A stretch of DNA of 64,000 nucleotides, from contig CM060731.1 in NCBI GenBank assembly GCA_030704615.1, positions 37,448,001 through 37,512,000 of the forward strand, in the 5' to 3' direction. The position numbers were made by a program, and so were the translations under genes. The DNA comes from Takakia lepidozioides (taxonomy: Eukaryota > Plantae > Bryophyta). The notes beneath the pieces are model-generated. The model was given only the letters and a program-made list of their open reading frames with translations. It ran no database searches and had not been told where the DNA came from. How positions within the stretch are numbered: the stretch's first letter is position 1; each line of letters opens with the position of its first letter. Shown here piece by piece: positions 13,014 through 24,704 of the stretch.

Positions 13014-14290
13014 GTCTTGCGGTCCTACTTGTAAAGGATGGGGAGCCAAAGGTGGAGTGGGACAAAGCCAGGTCGCTGCGCATGCTAGCAGTGGGGATGT
13101 TCATGTTGGGACCTTTGCTTCACCTGAGGTTCAATTCTCTGGCAAGGTAACGCGATTTATTGCGTACATTCAAGAAGCTGGTGCTTGGGCAGGCTATTTT
13201 TGGACCTGCCTTTTGTGCTGCTTTTTTCAGCATCAACTCCTACACCCAAGGTGATTGCAGAAGCAGCCATTGTTTCACAATATGTCTGAGCTTCTGTATG
13301 ATGTGCGGCCTGATTGTTTTCTTAACTTGTTCATCACTAAGCAGTCAGTGGGCTTCAACAGTATGACAGTATCGCCCATGCGTTGTCTTATCAGAATCAT
13401 AACAAGCATATCATAACCAGCATTGAAGATTTCAAGGTCCCATTCTGGAAAGACAGCATTTCATCTAGGAATCTGGACCCCACTGGAATTGCACAAAGAT
13501 TCATAATCCTGATAGCCAGCATTAGGGTCCCACAGTGTAGATGTGGAGTCCATGATTCCCATGGCTGCTGTTACTGCTGCCACACTGTTTTGGTAGCCTG
13601 TGACCTTATTGAAGGGTGGAGAGGAAGATGGAGGTATGTGTTTCCCCTCTGCAGTCTCTTATGAAGTGGCCGTAGCTACTCACAGCTGTTTTGGCAGGAG
13701 TCTAGCTGGTTCCCAACACAAGTGTGACAGCTAGGGATGACAATCTGGCTGTTTGTGTGAGAGAGATGGAATATAGGAAGGTGAGAGATTCTTAAGTTTC
13801 TGTTATCTCAGCATTATAAGATCGCTAAGAAAATGAACATTGTGTTGTGTCCAGGTGAAAGGGGGTCACAGACAACACACGGGCTGCAGTGTGACATAAT
13901 TCCCACATCTGAAAGTTGGACGCATGTACTGGCCTGTCTGTGAGTTTATCACATGTCGCTTTCTCCCTGTGCAGCTTCAGGTAAAGCCTACCCACGCGTT
14001 CTCTCGTCTCCTCTGCCCATCTGTGGTCCTTTTTCTTGCCTTTCCTCTTCCTCCATTCACTTGTGTCACGAGTCTCAATTTAATGCAGTAAGTGCAAGTA
14101 CAGAAATATGATGGCAACATCTGAGATTGTACGCCCTAGCTTCATAGATTTTTGGGCTGGTATATGGCAATGGCGAAAGTGTTTTTAGCTGGTGACACTT
14201 GGATATATATTTTTGGGGGATGTGCAGCCTTTCTTCAGTGATTGCTGCTCCTTCATTTTGACTATCTACCTTACAGACATGGCTGGCAAG
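13014..14290 (+). pseudogene. Mpv17/PMP22 (PXMP2/4-like) family pseudogene, 5'-truncated, introns retained
   Basis: Exon ~13014-13250: WDKARSLRMLAVG..LGPLLH.....*RDLLRTFKKLVLGQAIFGP, with in-frame TAA at 13148-13150. Exon 13855-13980: YWPVCEFITCRFLPVQLQ, with a frameshift near 13908. Exon from ~14228: FILTIYLTDMAG. Confidence 0.8.
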
Positions 14291-15184
14291 GCAAATTCTC
14301 AGTCGGTGGCGTCTGCCAAGGCTCAGATATCTTCATTCTGAGTTCCCTTCTATCCAGTGCACCCAGCATGGACTTCAAATTGGAGACAAACCTCCACATT
14401 ATTCTTTCTTTCATTGCAAACATCCTGTCGTGTGAAAAATGTAGATACAGAAAGCACGTTTGTAATGTTGATTATGCAGCCCTGGCCTCTGGCCAGCACA
14501 GAGCTCAGAATGGCCAGCCTGGAAAATTTTCCAGGCTGGTCCCAGTTTTGCACTTGCAGGATCTTCTCCTGTGTTACCCCTGCTAGCTAAAATATGCCTA
14601 TTTGACCTGGGGAGAAGAGTAGCCTTAAATCGCACTTTCCACTCGAGCTCAAAATTTGGTTGAGGAACCAAGAGCTGATTATGGGCCTATTTAGTCTTTA
14701 GTTATATCCAGCAAGCCATTCACCAGGTGTACAGCCTTGGGCTGTGTTGGTCCAAGGGCGATGTCATTTATACTGGATTATGTGCAGACAGCGACGTCCT
14801 TTCCAGAGGCCTCATCGGTGCCCTGCATTTCTCATTGTCCTTCCCACAGTTGCTACATGGATGGGACATAACAGTCGTTGTGATCGAAGAGCTGGCATGA
14901 GTTTTGAATACTTTTCTCTAGGTGTAAGTCTACAAGACTTACCCCTGCCTTTCCTGGTATCCTGGTCAGTATGCCTTCCCCAAAGGCATGATCACCATCT
15001 CCCAGAAATATTCAACTCTTTTTTACCGTTGGTGTGTGTGTACTGTGTGTTGACAGTCAAATCCTCTCGTGCAACTGATCCACAACATGTGATCACAAAG
15101 GAACAGGTCGAGGAGTGCCCCATTTTGGGCACCTACCTGGAGCCCTCTCTTAGCGGGTGTTGATCTTTGTAGTGTGGCCAAGAC

Positions 15185-16610
15185 CACTGTTGGGCAGGTA
15201 TTACTTTTTCTAATACCAGCCAGTCCTGGTATTGAAAAGAAATTAATGTTCAATACCAGCCGGTTCCATAGTATTGGAAGATACACTTAATTTTAATATC
15301 TGTCGGTTCACAATACTAGTCTGATTTTTCATTTGCGGAGCATGCTCATGCTAGCACAAGGGCATATTCCTCGAATTTCTGGGAAATTTTCGAGAAATTT
15401 TCACACCGAACTGAAATTGACAAAATTAACAATTATGCGGAACTAACATAGAGAACAAGTAGCCCCTATACCTGATGAACATGTACTGTATAGGCGTGGC
15501 TTTTTCTCCATAAGAGAGGTGATAGTGGGCGGTAGGGCTTCAAGTTCACCTCAACTTTAAGATACTTAAAAATAAATAAATAAATAAACACCCATTGATA
15601 ATTTCATTGCAAAATTCCGCCCGTGAAGCAATCACATTGTGGTTAATAGGTCACTTGTCAAGCCCCCATATGTAGGATTTTTGGTTGGTGGGATTTTTCA
15701 ATGCAAAACCCACCGTTTGCTTAATTTGCGCCCATATCACCAAGTATTTCTCTATGCGAAATTAAGTGTTGCCACTACAGGTTTAGGGTTTTTGGCTACA
15801 GTATTGAAGGTTTCGCCTCACTGAATTGGCACAGATGTACTGTACAAATGCACCAGTCCTTTATACCCGCTTTATGGTTTTATTCTGTTTTGGAAATATA
15901 AAATTTCCATGACCCAGGTTTAAAAACATAAAATTCCCATGACCTTCGGTTGTGCTCACCCTCCGTTCTTAGGATACCAACCCCCTTAGGTATTCCAATC
16001 TGACACCATACGGTTATCAACCCGGATATAAATAATTGAAATTAAATAATCCATTAGATCATTAATATGTTTTAAATTGAATTTAAAAGTATACTTGATT
16101 TTACAAAGAAATTAATTATTATGCTGCGAAATTTAGACTTTGCATTATATAATACCGTTACAGATTTTAGTAAAGAAAAGTGAAGCAAGCTTCCTTAAAA
16201 GAAGACTGATTGCAAGCCTCATCGTTAAATAAACTAGCATCTGCAATGAGGCCTGCAGATAAAGACACCCTTCATGTGCTAAAAAATGAATAATAGTGGC
16301 GGCCCTTGGGGTTGGACATGCCCTGACCCATGACATGTGCACCCGCTTACCCATGTCATGTGCACCCGGCTAATTTCATATCTATACCATGTGTATAGTC
16401 CTTGTTTTTGCCCATAGTACGGGTATTGGATGGGTATTGCCTTTGGCAATACCAGCCAGTTCCATTATTAACCCTAGTATTGGAATTTTGCCAATACCAG
16501 CCGGTTCGGTTATTCAAAACCATAGTATTACAATAGCCAATAACAGCCGGGTCAGTTATTCAATACCCTAGTTGATACCCAGCCAGACCCTATATACCAG
16601 TCCAACATTC
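15185..16610. mobile_element. Non-autonomous hAT-like DNA transposon (~1.43 kb)
   Basis: 8-bp direct repeat GCCAAGAC at 15177-15184 and 16611-16618. Imperfect TIRs CACTGTTGGGCAGGTATT / TATACCAGTCCAACATTC. Subterminal AATACCAGCC repeats at 15212, 15252, 16448 and 16493. AT-rich non-coding interior. Confidence 0.75.
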
Positions 16611-18631
16611 GCCAAGACCTCGGACCTTGGTTGCTGGAAATGTCCAGGCAAAACCTCATCATACCAGGTAACTGCTGCCTGGAAGTATTACAAGTTGCTT
16701 TTAATTGTCTATGGGAAGCTCAAGAAGATTGTGCAATGCTCCCTAAATTATAGTAAGATTGTTGCAAAAACAAGAAGTGCCACCTTTAACTGTTAAGTGT
16801 CCGGGCCCATTTTCACGACATGTGAGAAAAGGACCCCGGGCCACTAAAAAAATTTATCTCCCAGATTTCTAAGTCCTGTAAAAGTGGACATTGAATTTAC
16901 CCCAAACTATCACCTCAAAAAATTTCAGCCATATCCAACTGCCAGAGGAGAAGATTATAATATGCAGATGTGCCCCAAGAAGAATCCTTCCTAAAAATGA
17001 AGACCATAAAAAAACCAAGAACTTTACCAAATTTGGGCAATGTTTTCCTTGCATGATATGAGAGTCTTGGGAATTGTGTACCTCAATTGATGCCACACCT
17101 TCCCTGAAATTTTCGTTTTTTTCTGACTTGTTTCTGTGTGGGCTGCTTTGTACTCACAAATTGGGGGGTCAAAAAATCCATTTTGAAGCGGGCAAACCAA
17201 CATTTGAGCTTTGAAAATTACGTAGGACACATCTACCGTCCAATTCTCAATCGCTCTGGTCCATGTCATCATTGCATGCAAAGGTTGTTGTAGAAAAAAA
17301 TTCAATCCAATTGGGAAATGTTTTAGGCTATTTTTGGGCCCTACCCAGTAATTCCCTGCCCAACCTATATTTTGGCCTGCAGCCCTACTGTATTTCCTAC
17401 TCTAGCCCTTGTATCTAGTGGGTTTTGAGACCGTTTCACCACTCATGTGGGATGAAGTTAGCTTGTGGACCCCACCATTGGGGCGGGTCCCTTTTAGAAT
17501 CCCACGCCCAGATTTGGTGCCACCCCTCCTTCCACCAGCACATATCCTCTACCCACCCACCTTTAAACTATATTTGAATTTTTCTCACTTCTCTAGAATT
17601 GTCCTTTCTAAGTTGGATGGGATTTTAAATTTGATTTTGATTTTGATTTTAAATTAATAATTTATAACTATTAAATTACAATTTGAGGGGCTGGAATTGC
17701 GTAGGAAAAATCTGCAATCATAGATATTGTAAATGCAGGGGGTTGTGACCTCCAGGGGTCGCCTTGCGCCGGTATTGCGATGGTATTGTGATGCCCCAAC
17801 AGGTCTGCGATGGCGGGGAATCGCAATACTGCCTTTTCTGTGTCTTTGCAAAGGTCATAGCAGAAGCTGAATGGATCCATTGTTGCAAATCTTTTTAGTC
17901 CTCCTTCTGTGCTACAATATAATAGGTCTATCTTGCATGTGGGAGACCGTGATCAACCCGGGCGGCCTTATTGTTAAAGACAAAGGGCAAAGAAGAGGGG
18001 GTGGGGACACTAGGAAATGAAAAGGGAAGGGCCTTGGGATTAGAGGATTGAGGGTAGATTGCTTTGGCAATGGCTTTGGCAACATTGTTGTCTTTCACAC
18101 CAATTTCGAAGATTCTTTCTGTTGCATCGAGATCATGGTAACCAAATCGATTGAAGGGTTTCCAGGGATAAGTCTTGGTCAGCACTTGTAGAACAAGAAC
18201 CATGTCTTCCAACATTCTTGCCCTCGTACAAAAACTCAACAATCCTAGAGTTACTTTTCGAGTCACAACTTCATTAAAATCATTCTTAGATCGCCACACC
18301 TACAAAGGATTTTTTTCATGGATTTTTCATTAATCAATCATAGAAATAAGCTACATGCTTGTACATGTACAATCAATCGAAGGGATGGGTACAGTTATGT
18401 GCGAGAATTATTATGTAGCTTTGATTACGTGTCTAATCGACTTGAACATCATCATCCGGAGTTTCTTCGTCCTCATCAAGTTGCAAGTTTTCTTGCTCAT
18501 CAGAGTCATTGTCATAAACGGCCTGGTCACCAAAAGGCACATCTGAATCATTTTCCACCTCGGTTTCGTAATTCCTCTGGAGGTTACAGTGGGTCACAAT
18601 ACGGTACTCTATCTCTCTCTCGTGCTAGGTC

Positions 18632-20436
18632 ATGCCGCGTGTTTATCGACGTGTCACGCTTGAGGATTCGTTGTCGGCTGTGCCACAACCACCTGCCGAG
18701 GGCGAGACAACACGTTCGCCTCGTCTACGAGTTAGGCGGCATCGCCATGTCCGCACAGCTTTGCCCCCACGGCCACCACCCCGAGGTCGTAGGCCGCCAA
18801 GTCCAGAGGCACGAGCCCCGGGGAGACCCCGCCGGGACCGCCACCCCAAGATTGAGTGTTGGTGCAGTTGGTGTTGGGCACGACTACCGGTTGGGAGGAC
18901 CACACCGATGATGCGGCGACCCCATGTTGTGCAAAAACATTACGCCAAGTACGAGATTGCTGATGCAGCAAAGGTAAGTCGTCCATATATATTCTCACGT
19001 ACTCCTCAATTAAAAGTACTATATCTAATGAAACCTCGCGTTTGTGAATTGAGTATTGATACATTTCATATCATGCATCTTGCAGCCCCGTCTTGATGTC
19101 CAAGCTCGCAATTTTTTTGCTGAAGAGGCATACCGATGCGGGTTTCTTCCTTCTTACGAGCCCTACCCCGTTCCGGATGTGAACATTTTTTTCTCGCAAC
19201 ATGACGTAGATGCAGTTTGTGAGGTAGCGGGGTACGATGCGTGTTTTTTTATTTTTGGGCACCGGGCTAGGCGCTTGTCATCTACACACACACATTCGTC
19301 ATCCTCGACATCGGCACCCCCATCATCACCATCATCCGCATCGTCCGTTCCTTCTATTGTAGATGGTCTTTCCTCATCATCATTGCCATCCGAGGTCCCT
19401 CATACCGACCGGCTACGTGTCCCTTCCCCTCCATTGCCGAGACCACAGCCGCCACCGAGTCCGAGTTCGACATCCTCGACATCAGCACCCCCATCATCAC
19501 CATCATCCGCATCGTCCGTTCCTCCTATTGTACATGTTCTTTCATCATCACCATCACCATCCCGGCCAGTACTACCTCCACGCGAGATCCCTCATACCAA
19601 CCTACGTGTCCCTTCCCCTCCATTGCCGAGACCACAGCCGCCACCGAGTCCGTATCCGGGTCCTCCGGCAGAACCCGGATGGATCCCACCACCTTTGGGG
19701 ACTGTGTATGACTGGGACCGATGGATCACTAGGTTCCCACTCCGGGAGAAGGGCCCCCGAAGTGATGGACGGGCGCCACCCCCTAGGAGAGGTGGACCAA
19801 AGTTGTTTCGCACGATTGGTCCGCGCCTTCGTCGGCCTGATCATGACGGCACCATACGTCATCGTGGTGCTAGGGAGCTATTCACAATGGGAGTCCAACC
19901 CCATTTCTACCAATGTCTTGTGCCTTGTCCAGTTCCGATTCCCGAGGGTGAGCCTTTTCTTTTTTGGGGTCGCATGTATTGCGTGATGGAGGCAATGGAC
20001 CCTAGTTTGGGTCGCAGACTTTTTTTTTATGGAGGATGTAGTTTTGGGGGGAGAAGAGGATTCTGTGGATTTGTTCCCATATTTTGGGCCGAGGTATACC
20101 CACCGGGAGTGGCAATTATTGCAGACACACGGCCTTGGGTCCTTGATCCATCTTTACATCTTTGTTGTGAACGACAATGATGTAAGGGCGAAAAATTTGG
20201 GCCGCAAAGCCCATATTTATTGTGACGGAAACCCCGATGTGTACGGCAACGTGGCTGGGCTCATCAACAGTTCAGTTACCTTACCGCCGGGCCACACCGC
20301 CAACGGGTTTTGGGATGAGCGCCATGACGGGGATAGTAGATTGGACCCTAACATCACCACTGTTGTGATGACATATGCAAGGAGGACTATTAGGGCTGGA
20401 GAGGAGTTGTTTGTAGAGTATGACTTTAGGCGTTAG
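18632..20436 (+). CDS. Transposon-associated SET-domain protein (N-terminal CxCxxC...H Zn motif, Pro/Ser-rich linker, C-terminal SET domain); exons 18632-18973, 19086-20436, with one extra base in T9 run 20020-20028
   Basis: Removing one T joins the 19056 and 20029 ORFs into GRRLFFMEDV..PYFG...IYCDG..YGNVAGLINSS...ANG...TYARRTIRAGEELFVEY*. This follows the SET motif order GxGLF, YxG, D..GNxxRFINHS, AxRxIxxGEELxxDY. A 112-nt phase-0 GT-AG intron lies at 18974-19085. Confidence 0.75.
19299..19655 (+). repeat. Tandem duplication (~170-185 bp unit) encoding the Ser/Pro-rich linker
   Basis: SSTSAPPSSPSSASSVP...PHT..LRVPSPPLPRPQPPPSP occurs twice with near nucleotide identity. Confidence 0.85.
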
Positions 20437-20750
20437 CCGACTTTCATCATGTGTAGATGGACGTAGGAAGACATTTTGTACATTGAGGTGGCTTCCTCCA
20501 CCGTGTATATATATACATAGGCATTGATGTGTATTTGGATGCAGTTTTTCATGCTATATTCAAGGGAGTTTGGGTGGACGTTATATGTGAATTTGGGTAT
20601 TTTGAATTATATAGTGTCTCCTTCATGTGGTGAAGCAATGTATGTATTCCCCTCGTGTGTATAATGTGTACTTTGGGTTTTATCCTGTATGATATTGAAC
20701 AACGCCATGTATGGGAACTAATAATGACATGGTTGTTTTTGGCATCTTAG

Positions 20751-23700
20751 GATGCCGGCCACAACCCCACGACGTTAATTCATGAAGTTCATGATCTTGT
20801 CATGAACCGGGATTTTGTTCCTTCGGAGGGGGGTGTGTATCAAAGGGACCCGACCCCGTCTGAAATGGCGGTCTCCGATGATGAGGACAACAATGACAAT
20901 GGAATTATGCATGAGGATGTGGCAGCAATGGAGGACCTCTTAATGCATCAGATGGTAGATGAGGACACAGACTCTTTGAATGACATGGAAAAAGAAGCCA
21001 AAACTCCCTTATACGAAGGGGCCAAAGTGAGTAGACTTTCAACCATCTTGTTGTTGCTGAATTTGCAAATCCGGTTTGGCATAAGCAATGTGGGTATGTC
21101 CGCCATAATGCGGACTATTGCGGACTACATCATTGCCCCACATTTGAAGCCGAGAATGCCACAATCAAGAAAAGAGGCAAGAGCAGCCTTGGATGTTGTG
21201 GGGATGGGCTATAAGATTTTTCATGCATGTCCATGTGATAAAACCCTGTACTACAGAGAGGATGCGAAACTCACCAAGTGTCCAAAGTGCAACAAAGACC
21301 GATATCGGGATGATGTTCAAGGGAAGAAAGCCCCGCGCAAGGTATACCCGCGCCACAATACACTTGTATATTGCATTCTATCTTTTTGCAACCGCTACAA
21401 GACGTAAGGTTTTACTTAGAGATATGAATGACACTGATTATGATATGGGGCCGACATGGGGATGGTGCCCAAAAATGCATTACTTTCCAATCATCCCGCG
21501 ACTGCAGGCACACTACCGAAGCCCCTCATTGGCAGAATTGATGAGATGGCACGCCTCGCATCGGAGCCCCCCGGGAAAGATGTGCGGGCCACAAGATTCA
21601 CAAGCATGGAGGCATACTGAAGAGATGTGGCCTTTTCTCTTGGAGGACCCACGACATGTCCGCCTCGGCTTCTCCTCAGATGGGGTCAACCCATTCTCTG
21701 TCCAGTCATGTAGTCATTCCACTTGGCCGGTGACCATGGTGAATTACAACATCCATCCGTATCTTTCAATAAAAAAAAACCATATCATGCTAGCTGCCAT
21801 TGTACCGGGCGAGTGTTCTCATTTCATGCGTAGTAAGATGTGTAATTCATTATGAAGTATAATTAGCATGGTGGAGCATTGAAACAATTAATGGCGTGAA
21901 TGTCTCATAGGGAAAAAACAAGTGAAAGACATGGACACGTACTTGCGACCTCTAGTTGATGAACTGAAGGAGTTATGGAGGGGGGTCCCGGCATTGGATG
22001 CTTCACTTGACCCTATGGCCGGACAATCTTTTCAGATGAGAGGCATCTTGCTTTGGACAATGCATGATTATCCAGGTATATTATGTTCCCCATGAGAAAC
22101 CCGCGTACATTTACCTGTCAAGGGATATTGATGAGGATTGGGATTGATTGAAGTAGCGGCGACAGTCTTATGCACCGTAGTGGGGTAGATGCACATGGAA
22201 ACTTTTTGTCTTTCCTAATGTGGCGGAATGTCTACAGGACTTACTGTTTGCTTGGGGTTGAGCACTAAAGGGTACCACGCATGCCTGCATTGTGGTGATG
22301 AACTTAATGCACAAAGCTCCAGCAATCTTCGCAAGATGGTGTATCCCAACTACCGCAAGTTTCTTCCTATGAGCCATCATTGGAGAAGAAGAGACAAATA
22401 CTTGTTTGATGGCAAAGTGGAGTTACGTCCCCCACCTGTGACACCATCCGGTCACTTTTGGGAAGACCGATGGAATGAGGCCCATCCGGAGGGTTCCGGT
22501 GAAGTGGAGGTACCCGGCATGAAGCGACTTTCAATCTTCTACGAGTTGTCATATTGGGCGGTACATATTCCATAAAAACACCATCAATATTGCTATGCAT
22601 GCATGTGATATTGCATGTTTTGTATGATTTCCATTGTCACTTTCATGACAAAATAGACGTGTACGAATTAGTGGGTGGGGATATGTGTAGGACTTGAAGA
22701 TTCGTCATCTTCTAGATCCCATGCATATTGAGAAGAATGTTTGCTCGTCTTTTTTTCGTGTTCTTCATGGCACGCCGGCAAAGAAGGGAGTGGCTGCGAA
22801 AGGAGATTATCTCGGTGTAAGAAAGGAACTTGAGGAGCAGGGTCGCATGCCCCATCTATGGGCCGAAGAAAATGGTGTGGACCCAAAGGGTGTTGTACGG
22901 TGGAAGTATAGGCGTGCACCTTGGCAATGGACAAAGGAAGAATACAAGAAAGTGATAGCCACCATAGGAGCTGTCCAAACACCAACTGGTTATGGGTCAT
23001 CCCTCCGTATGAAGTTCAACGAAGACGGGGACCATGGTTTGAAGTCTCATGACTACCACAATCTATTGCAAGACATCTTGCCCATTGCAGTACGTGGGAC
23101 ATTGACTCCCGAGGTTCGCGAGATAGTCTATAGATTGGGAGCATTGTTCCGGTGGATTTGCTCCAAAGAGCTGGAGGAAGCGGACTTTCCACACATGAAG
23201 AAGGAGGCGGCGGTGGTCATGTGTATATTAGAGATGCACCTTCATCCCTTTTTCTTTGATATCTAAGTGCACTTGGTAGTGCACTTAGTGGAAGAGGCTT
23301 CAATTGTCGGCCCCGTTCATTCTCGGTGGATGTACTACCTTGAGCGATACATGAAAACTTTGAAAGCACATGTAAGACAAATGACACACCCGGAGGGTAG
23401 CATGGCGGAGGGGTATACATTGCAAGAGGCTATATTCTACTGCATGGAGTACTTGGCAAGGGTGGATAAGGAAGCCCCTCCGATGTGGAAGGAAGATGAG
23501 GATGTATGAACCAAGGACATCGTTTTGCCCAAAAATTCAAAGAGGGTAAAATTACCCATCATGGTGATTAACCAAGCGCATGAGTTCATACTGAAGAACA
23601 CCCCATCCATACATGAGTGGGAGGCAAGATACAATAACCTTGTTCAACAACGACAGGAGGAGACGGTTGCGTGGAGGCGGAACCATGCAAGGGTGACTAC

Positions 23701-24538
23701 ACGCGCTCCGCGAGCAAGGGGCCGACGTGGGAATGTGTCTTCACGATAATTGCCCATGGAATTGCAGCCTCTAAGTTCATTCCGCCATTGGCTTCGGACT
23801 GAAGTAGAGGATAGCATTGCAAAAGGTGAGGTGGTTTCAGATTTGGTGCAAGACATTGCAAGGGGCCCCTCTCAATTTGCGACCTCATACACGGCGGTTT
23901 GGGTTCATGGTCGTCATTTCCGCATTCGTGTTCTTGACATGAAGCGCAAACAACGTTTGATTCTGGTTTGTGTGCCTCATATTGGCAAGACTCCGTGTGG
24001 GGCAGGGAAGATACATGACCTACCATGAGCACACTCAACTACTTTGGAGAGCTTGAGAGCATACTCCAACTTCAGTATACAAGGCACCAGCCTCTTATCT
24101 TCAAGGCAAGTTGGTTCCAGCCACATCTTGTGGGGCCATCCGCAACAATAATGGAAGACGAGTGTGGTTTCATGCGCGTCAATACAGATAGGCTCGAGTC
24201 TACTCATCGTCCCTCCGATGAGCCTTTTTCATGGCCTTCAGACATGGAGCAAGTGTTCTTCTCCGGATCAGGAAATTGGAAAGTGGTTGTGCATGCTCAG
24301 CCAAGAGGAAGACGTATCTATCATGATCGGGGATCTATATGGGGCGAGGCAAATGCGGAGGAGGAAGAGACTGGTCATGATGACGCTGATGTTGGCCAAG
24401 GTTGGATAGAGGGGGTACAAGAGAATGATGACGGCCTGGACAATGCATCCCGAACCCTATACGATGAGGCTCCATCAGATGCGGATGTTGGAGAAATAGA
24501 TGTAGACACGGAAGACTGCGTGAGGCGCCCAACTGCAG
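20751..24538 (+). pseudogene. CACTA TnpD/Tnp2-like transposase pseudogene (Transposase_21, DUF4218 and DUF4216-like regions), multi-exon
   Basis: Motifs HACPCD..Y....CPKC...RY, YFPIIPRLQ, MRWH, DGVNPF...HSTWPV, YLRPLVDELKELW, WTMHDYPG, LDPMHIEKNV, LKSHDYH, HLVVHL..GPVHSRWMY..ERYMK..PEGSMAEGY, YFGELESI, DEPF..P..MEQVFF. GT-AG introns present. Premature stops at 23264, 23507 and 23747, plus frameshifts. Confidence 0.93.
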
Positions 24539-24578
24539 GTAAGCAGCCATGCATTTCTGATCTTCATAGTGAGATATT

Positions 24579-24680
24579 TCAGTGAGAGTTTGGGTTCCAC
24601 AGAGTAGACAGTGGAATCCCCACGGATCTCATAGTATATAGGACAATAGAAGAAGTGTTCTTCAGTTTCAATTTCATAGA
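24579..24680 (-). mobile_element. Short non-LTR retrotransposon (LINE) 3'-end fragment
   Basis: Minus strand EIETEEHFFYCPIYYEIRG resembles the ETxxH...CP..Y..IR part of the C-terminal CCHC region of LINE ORF2. Confidence 0.5.
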
Positions 24681-24704
24681 GAGAGAGGGAGAGAGAGAAG
24701 AGAG

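Noticed and set aside
15773-15790. CACTACAGGTTTAGGG as the left TIR of the CACTA element
   Set aside because: Only partial match to CACTACTACGTTTGGG, lies inside the hAT-like element, no adjacent subterminal repeats, and no matching 3-bp TSD.
16842-16856. CACTA pentamer as left TIR
   Set aside because: The following bases (AAAAAATTT) do not match the right TIR.
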